Part shown: positions 58,222-64,000 of the stretch, in pieces
How positions within the stretch are numbered: the stretch's first letter is position 1
How the letters are laid out: each line of letters starts with the position of its first letter
Source: an uncultured bacterium
GTDB taxonomy: Bacteria > Chloroflexota > UBA5177 > JANWHV01
NCBI GenBank assembly: GCA_963729625.1
Contig: CAVSOU010000008.1
Span: forward strand, 448,001-512,000
Length of the DNA: 64,000 bases
Direction: 5' to 3'
The notes under the pieces: generated by a model
Told to the model about the DNA's origin: nothing
What the model saw: the letters and a program-made list of their open reading frames with translations, nothing else
Database searches by the model: none
Position numbers and translations under genes: made by a program

Positions 58222-60342
58222 ATGGCCACAACGCGATCCCGGCAGAAGGTAGTCGTCCTCAAGAAGACATCCCGTGCGCGAGAAGGGGGACCACCCTGGG
58301 CAGCCCTCCTCTTTTTGGGCTTGGTCGTCGTCGTTGCCGTCGTACTGCTTCGCTGGGAAACAGGCATGGACGGGACAATCTATCCCGGCGTAACGGTCGG
58401 CGGAGTCAACGTAGGCGGCGAGTCAACGACTGATGCTCGCCGGCAGCTTCAGCAAATGTCCGGGCGCATTGCTTCAAGAACAATCACGGTTTCTGCCGCT
58501 GGACAGAGCTGGACAATCACGCCGCGGCAGCTCGGTATGCAGTTCAATGTCGACGATCTTCTGCGCCAGGCATATGCGCTAGGCCGGGAAGAGAGCATTC
58601 TCAGTCGCCTGGGCACGCAGGCGCAGTTGGCGCTGCAGGGGCGGACAATCTCGTTGGCCGGTAGCTATGACAGTGGAAAGCTGGGCAACTTCGTCGCCCA
58701 GCTGGCAATCGATCTGTACCGGCCGGCACAGCCTGCAGTCGTGAGCTTGCGGAAGGCTCAGGCGGTAATCAGCGCGCACGCGACGCCTGGGCGGAAACTG
58801 GATCGGCAGTCCGCGACTGCTCTCCTGGCTGATGCGCTCTCCGGCACCGATCAGACGAGCGTTCAGGCGCCTGTCGAGACCATTCCTCCCCCTGTAACCG
58901 AAGCAGCGGCACAACACGAGATGGTCGTGTTGCGATCCATTCTTAGCGCCAAGATACGCCTGCACTTCAATAACAGGCAGTGGCTGCTCAGTGCATCCTC
59001 GATCGCACAGTCCATCTCCCTGACAACAATCGTCGCCTCAGGAGGCGCTGCCACCTATCAGCACGATGTGGATCAAGCAGGACTCACGCGTTTCGTGAAC
59101 GGATTGGCGGCAGAGATCGACCGGCCCATGCAGCCGGCGACGGTCACCATCCTCGATGCTCGTATCACGGTGATCCCGGCGCAGACGGGCTACCATATTG
59201 ACCGCTATGCTACCAAGCAGCTGCTGGCGCAGGCGATCCTGGCTGGCGGTACCCAGGACATTACGGTGCCAGGCGGGAGAACCGATCCAAGCACGCCCAC
59301 TTCGGCGGCCCAGACCGCGGCTCAGCGCGCGGCGGAGCTGATTCGCAGGCCGCTCGCGCTGACGTACCAGTCCTTTTCCTGGCTGCTCGGCCCCTCTCAG
59401 CTTGGGGATGTCTTGACGTTCGTGCCGCGCACCGATCCCTTGAATGGGCCGGTAATGGATGTACGTGTCGACCAAACGCGTTTGGCGCACGTGATTCAGC
59501 CTGCCGTTGCCAGCCTGGAGAAGCCGGCTGTCAACGCGCATTTTGTCGCAAAAGGGGATCGCGTTCTCCTGTCGCCTTCGCTTCCGGGGCGGCGAGTCGA
59601 CGTCGCGTCCCTGGCGGCGGCGATCGAGGGAAGAGGCCGCATCATGCAGTTGCCGCTCCCATTGCAGAGCTACGAGCCTGAGTTGACGACTGCCAAAGCC
59701 GATGCGATGGGCATCCACGACCTGATCATCTCGCACACAACGGAATTCCCGGGGTCGAGCACCGCCCGGCTCACCAATATACACGCTGCCGTGCGCCACC
59801 TGGACGGCCAACTCATTGCTCCAGGCGAGGTGTACTCGTTCAACCAGCGAATTGGCGACATAACACCCGAAGGCGGCTATGTCGAGGGGATAAATATCGT
59901 CGACAACCAGGATGTGCCGGGAATCGGCGGCGGCGTGTGCCAGGTGGCGGTCACGCTGTTTCAAGCGGCTATCTACGCGGGCATGCCGATTGTGGAACGC
60001 GTCAACCACGCGAACGTGGTGTCGTACTACAATCCGATCGGCATGGACGCCACGGTCTACGTGTCGGCGACCGGCCCCGATGTGAAGTTCCAGAACAACA
60101 CCGGTCACTGGGTGCTGGTCAGCTTCGTGGAGGATCTGGCGCACGCCAGGCTCACGGTGCGGTTCTTCGGCACCGATCCGCATTTCCGGGTCGTGGTGCG
60201 CGGTCCGGAAGTAACCAACGTGGCCAACGGCGATGTGAACGCAGTGTTCTATCGCACCGTGTACGATGCCAAAGGCAACGTGCTGCTGGATCACGCCTTC
60301 ACCAGCCACTACGTTCCCGTAGGTGCTTCGCCGAACACGTAG
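58222..60342 (+). CDS. VanW-family protein with PG_binding_4-like repeats
   Basis: N-terminal TM, IYPGVTVGGVNVGG, R..NI, PGEVYSFN, GGGVCQV, ERVNH and GMDATV. Confidence 0.92.
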   Translation: MATTRSRQKVVVLKKTSRAREGGPPWAALLFLGLVVVVAVVLLRWETGMDGTIYPGVTVGGVNVGGESTTDARRQLQQMSGRIASRTITVSAAGQSWTITPRQLGMQFNVDDLLRQAYALGREESILSRLGTQAQLALQGRTISLAGSYDSGKLGNFVAQLAIDLYRPAQPAVVSLRKAQAVISAHATPGRKLDRQSATALLADALSGTDQTSVQAPVETIPPPVTEAAAQHEMVVLRSILSAKIRLHFNNRQWLLSASSIAQSISLTTIVASGGAATYQHDVDQAGLTRFVNGLAAEIDRPMQPATVTILDARITVIPAQTGYHIDRYATKQLLAQAILAGGTQDITVPGGRTDPSTPTSAAQTAAQRAAELIRRPLALTYQSFSWLLGPSQLGDVLTFVPRTDPLNGPVMDVRVDQTRLAHVIQPAVASLEKPAVNAHFVAKGDRVLLSPSLPGRRVDVASLAAAIEGRGRIMQLPLPLQSYEPELTTAKADAMGIHDLIISHTTEFPGSSTARLTNIHAAVRHLDGQLIAPGEVYSFNQRIGDITPEGGYVEGINIVDNQDVPGIGGGVCQVAVTLFQAAIYAGMPIVERVNHANVVSYYNPIGMDATVYVSATGPDVKFQNNTGHWVLVSFVEDLAHARLTVRFFGTDPHFRVVVRGPEVTNVANGDVNAVFYRTVYDAKGNVLLDHAFTSHYVPVGASPNT

Positions 60343-60429
60343 GGCTTCCCGCCCGTAGAAGCCCGGTGGAGCGCAGATACGCCGTATGTTCGCGCGTCCG
60401 TGTAGACTGAAGTCCGAGGAGTATCTAGG

Positions 60430-60678
60430 GTGGCGGTACCTGCCGACATCCACGACCAGATTTCGCGCATGGAAGCGCGCTTGCGCTTGGTGCCGCCTGA
60501 CGAGACACCACCACCGGATGAGGTGCGCGAGCGGGTTCGCACCTGGCAGAAGCATGTCCATGAAGCAGCGGTAATAATCCGCTGGGCCGATGAGGCGATC
60601 GGCGAGGTGGTCATTTCAGGCGAAGCCCATATTGTCTGGCGGCGAATAGGTACACACGCCATCTTCGAAGAGCCTTAG
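60430..60678 (+). CDS. Small hypothetical protein
   Basis: GTG start after GAGGAG SD; 82 aa ending WRRIGTHAIF. Confidence 0.5.
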   Translation: MAVPADIHDQISRMEARLRLVPPDETPPPDEVRERVRTWQKHVHEAAVIIRWADEAIGEVVISGEAHIVWRRIGTHAIFEEP

Positions 60679-60754
60679 TAGTCGGGCTCTGCCTGCCGAC
60701 CGTTGGAGCCTACACCGCCAGGCACCACGGCCGGGTTACGCCATGGTCTCCCCG

Positions 60755-61270
60755 TCAGTACCTATCGCCGCTCCAGCCAAACTCCGGCGTCTGCTTGATC
60801 AGCGCTACCAGGTTGGGAGGAGTTGAGGTCGGACGGCTACTGCGCACGTCGATGAAGGCAAACACGTGCTCGCCCCGTGCGACGAGCTCGTTCGACTCGG
60901 CCAGCCGTACCTCATAGGCAAACGTGATCTTTGCCCGCGTGATCTCCGGCACGGTGACCGCGATGACCAGCAGAGCATCCATTCGGGCAGGCCGCTTGTA
61001 GTCGCAGGCGGCCCGCACGATCGTCATCAGCCGGCTCTCGCCCTCCGTGCAGCTCTCATAGTAGTAGCCGAGCGCGCGAAAGACCTCCGTGCGCGCCTCT
61101 TCGAACAGGTCGAAATACGTGCCGTGATAGACTGCGCCGAGAAGGTCCGTGTGGTGCATGCGCACGCGCACTAACCGTGCATTGCGAGGGAGAGCGGGAA
61201 GGCGATGCTCGACCTCATCGTTGGGCGGTGCGACGTGATCGACCGGTATTGATGACACGGGATTCTCCAC
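60755..61270 (-). CDS. Acyl-CoA thioesterase (YbgC/4HBT-like)
   Basis: VRMHHTDLLGAVYHGTYFDLFEEARTE and CDYKRPAR. Confidence 0.88.
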   Translation of the reverse strand: MENPVSSIPVDHVAPPNDEVEHRLPALPRNARLVRVRMHHTDLLGAVYHGTYFDLFEEARTEVFRALGYYYESCTEGESRLMTIVRAACDYKRPARMDALLVIAVTVPEITRAKITFAYEVRLAESNELVARGEHVFAFIDVRSSRPTSTPPNLVALIKQTPEFGWSGDRY

Positions 61271-61555
61271 AGTCTGCCGTCCTTTTCGGTTCGGATATTC
61301 GGCCGAGGGTGAGTATCACCCGCGTACGAGCGCTGAAACATGCGTCTTTGGCGGCTCCTGATGTTCACAGCGCGGGCGCTGGCCTCATCTCTTATCATAG
61401 GGCTCTGACTGGCGACCTTTGCCCAAAGCGGGGACGCCAAGGGCATGCCGGAGAGCGCGACGAGCAAGTCTCGCGGAGGTGCATGGGAGCGCCACGCATC
61501 ATGTATCTTAGGAGAGTGCCAAGATGATCGCCAGAGGCGGATGAGGAGAAAAGCG

Positions 61556-62086
61556 ATGGCCCTGGATGCAGTGGCGAAGCTGAGAGCCCAGATACGAGAT
61601 GTGCCCGACTTCCCGATTCCAGGCGTTCTCTTCAGGGATATTACGCCGGTGCTACAGGACGCTGCCTCCTTTCACGATTCCATCGACTTGCTTGGCGATC
61701 TCTTCGATCCGGCTACCTACGACGTGATCGTGGGAATGGAGTCGCGTGGATTTGTCTTCGGCGCCACAATCGCCTACAAATTCCGGCGCGGCTTTGTGCC
61801 GATCCGCAAGCTGGGCAAGCTGCCCGCGAACAAGATCTCCGTGGAATATGCGCTTGAGTATGGATCGAACACTCTGGAGATACACCGAGACAGCATCCAG
61901 ATAGGTCAGCGCGCCCTGATTATTGACGACTTGCTCGCCACAGGAGGCACCTGCAGCGCCTCGGTCGACCTCGTACGGCGCCTGGGCGGCACTGTAGTGG
62001 GCGCGGCGTTTCTCGTTGAGCTCGATTTCCTCAAGGGACGGGAACGGCTCGCCGGCATTGCGGTCCGGAGCATTCTGCAGTTTTGA
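61556..62086 (+). CDS. apt: Adenine phosphoribosyltransferase
   Basis: IRDVPDFPIPGVLFRDITP, ESRGF, RKLGKLP, YALEYG and IIDDLLATGGT. Confidence 0.97.
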   Translation: MALDAVAKLRAQIRDVPDFPIPGVLFRDITPVLQDAASFHDSIDLLGDLFDPATYDVIVGMESRGFVFGATIAYKFRRGFVPIRKLGKLPANKISVEYALEYGSNTLEIHRDSIQIGQRALIIDDLLATGGTCSASVDLVRRLGGTVVGAAFLVELDFLKGRERLAGIAVRSILQF

Positions 62087-62185
62087 GGTGAATCGGGCAC
62101 GCGCGGCCCAGCCGTTGGACTACATGTGACCGTATGCAGGGGATGGGGCGCAGTGGCGAGTGAGGCAGGGCTTGGATGGCCGGGC

Positions 62186-62407
62186 TTAGCGAACCCGCCA
62201 CGTGATACGCCCGCGCGTGAGGTCGTAGGGCGATAGTTCGACACGCACGATGTCACCGAGCACCACGCGAACGTAGCGCTGGCGCATCTTGCCGGCAAGA
62301 TGGGCCAATACCTTGTGCCCATTCTCCAGCTCAACCATGAAGTTCGTATTCGGCAAAGCCTCGATGACAGTGCCTTCCAATTCGAGAACGTTGTCCTTCT
62401 TCTTCAA
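62186..62407 (-). CDS. infA: Translation initiation factor IF-1
   Basis: [23 protein letters not shown]...[16 protein letters not shown]; TTG start with GGGAGG SD. Confidence 0.95.
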   Translation of the reverse strand: MKKKDNVLELEGTVIEALPNTNFMVELENGHKVLAHLAGKMRQRYVRVVLGDIVRVELSPYDLTRGRITWRVR

Positions 62408-62640
62408 GCAATAGCCTCCCTGCAAAGGCGCGAACCCACTAGGGCTAATACAACACGTACGATTATACCCTTCCAGGCAGGCGGACAACTGAGAAACATG
62501 CGACGATGCCTATCGTCACCGCAGGCTTTGGACGCCGACTCGCTACAGTTAGCGCTGCGTTCGCCGTGGTATCGAGTGCAGCGTTAGCTCAGAGCAGGTA
62601 ATACACCAGGTCCGGCTCGTGCATTCCACGCGTGCCGGGC

Positions 62641-63603
62641 TCAGACGCGCGGCTGCTGGGCGACTGCCAGCGCGCTCAGCAGCGCCGCATCGATATTCCC
62701 ACCACTGACCACAGCGACGGTGCGTCCCCGCGCGGCGCCGGCCAGGGCAGCCGCGGTCGCCACCGCGCCGGAGGGTTCGACCACGAGGTGCGCGGAGATC
62801 AGCAGGCTGCAAGTGGTTTCCAGAATGAGGCTATCGGGCACCGCCACGATGTCGTCCACATAGCGCTGGATAGCGGCGAAAGGCAATTCGCCCACTCTGC
62901 GCGCGCGCAGCCCGTCGGCAATCGTCTCCACGTCGTCCAGCTCGACGATACGGCCGCTACGCAGTGATGCCCCTGCGTCGGCCGCGCCTGCCGGCTCGGC
63001 GCCGACGACGCGCACCGAGGGGCGGCGGAGCTTTAGAGCCTGCGAAACGCCGGCGATCAGGCCTCCGCCGCCGATCGGTACGATGACGGTCTCGACATCC
63101 GGCCATTGTTCGAGAATCTCGAGGCCGATCGTTCCCTGGCCGGCAATGATGGCATAGTGATTGTACGGCGGCACCAACGCCGCGCCGCGCTCCTCAGCCA
63201 AATCCTCGGCAATGCGGCGACGAGTCTCCGAGTCCGTGCCCGCAAATAGCACGTCGGCGCCGAATCGCCGTGTTGCCTCGACCTTTGCCTGCACTGCATT
63301 TTCCGGCATAACGATGGTCGCGTGAATGCCCAGCATGGACGCCGCGCACGCCACGCCCTGCGCATGGTTGCCCGAGGAATAGGCGATCACTCCGTGCGCA
63401 AGCTGGTCGGGCCGGAGAGCAGCGATGAGATTGTACGCACCGCGGATCTTGAACGAGCCTGTGCGCTGGAGGTTCTCACATTTCAGAGAGAGATCGCTAG
63501 CCCGCGCCGCACCCGTGTCGAACGGCAGCACTGGGGTGAGATACGCGACCCCGCACAGCCGTTCGCGTGCGGCTTCGATTGTGGATAGACTCTTCTCGAC
63601 CAT
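62641..63603 (-). CDS. Threonine/serine dehydratase (PLP fold II)
   Basis: [44 protein letters not shown] and SGGN. Confidence 0.93.
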   Translation of the reverse strand: MVEKSLSTIEAARERLCGVAYLTPVLPFDTGAARASDLSLKCENLQRTGSFKIRGAYNLIAALRPDQLAHGVIAYSSGNHAQGVACAASMLGIHATIVMPENAVQAKVEATRRFGADVLFAGTDSETRRRIAEDLAEERGAALVPPYNHYAIIAGQGTIGLEILEQWPDVETVIVPIGGGGLIAGVSQALKLRRPSVRVVGAEPAGAADAGASLRSGRIVELDDVETIADGLRARRVGELPFAAIQRYVDDIVAVPDSLILETTCSLLISAHLVVEPSGAVATAAALAGAARGRTVAVVSGGNIDAALLSALAVAQQPRV

Positions 63604-63619
63604 GGCCCAAGCTTTCTAC

Positions 63620-64000
63620 GCGAGCTACCATTCAATCCTAGCACGGTGTACTCCCCGATGCGAACTCGAAAAATGACTCCAGGTCGGCCATTGCCTATCA
63701 TCAACCAAGGCCCGTTCCAGGAGACGCCCCAGGTGGACGTCACCATGAATTCTCCAGTGGTAGTGGACGACACGCTGCGCTGGGCACCCGTGCTGGCATC
63801 ATAAGCGACCAACCGGGCTGCACTTGGGTCCGTCGCCACTATCCAGTTGCCATGTGCGCCGACTGGGTGAACCGCCCATCCGCGTCGGAGCTGAATGCCA
63901 GCGACCGTAGCAGATGCAGGTCTTGATCGAACATGGTAAGGTCGCCGGTACCCAGATCATATGCGAACACATCACCATTATCCGTTACTGCCACCGAGAA
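63620..64000 (-). CDS. 3' end of a probable beta-propeller protein, apparently frameshifted near 63840-63890 (partial)
   Basis: FSVAVTDNGDVFAYDLGTGDLTMFD... stops at 63839, while another frame continues NWIVATDPSAARLVAYDASTG; boundaries approximate. Confidence 0.35.

Noticed and set aside
58222-60342. Vancomycin resistance cluster
   Set aside because: VanW domain only; no vanHAX/vanRS genes. This is a common cell-wall protein architecture.

Overview
GC-rich bacterial chromosomal window. The gene repertoire and protein styles suggest a monoderm soil lineage such as Chloroflexota; this is inference only. Most of the window is housekeeping or metabolic: 5' part of ispG, a ROK kinase, tRNA-Glu(CTC), nfo, an ABC-F ATPase, a dCMP deaminase, an ABC-2 exporter, queG, a phosphomannomutase, deoB, an ECF sigma/anti-sigma pair, csoR, apt, infA and a threonine dehydratase. 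Accessory highlights: (1) a ~1,430-aa S-layer-like secreted protein split by one frameshift, with a long leader containing an orphan near-perfect anti-SD complement; (2) an IS200-type Y1 transposase with no tnpB, flanked by inverted two-hairpin 'TGAG' REP-like units that also form a BIME/REPIN-like array (REPtron-like locus); (3) a 97-bp ATCTGCG-rich tandem repeat in front of an internally deleted GxxExxY gene; (4) an operon encoding a thymidylate-kinase-like/diacylglycerol-kinase-like fusion, an acyl-ligase/ACP/PlsC fusion and a macrodomain protein; (5) an intact IS1380 element with 16-bp IRs and a CTAG target duplication; (6) a CopC-CopD-Asp-box propeller fusion whose CopC lacks its copper histidines; (7) an unclassified glycyl radical enzyme and activase beside GH2 and Gfo/Idh/MocA genes. 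Several gene remnants and short SD-led uORFs coupled to downstream starts are also present. No CRISPR array or rRNA gene was seen. All calls are from motif reading by eye, without database searches.
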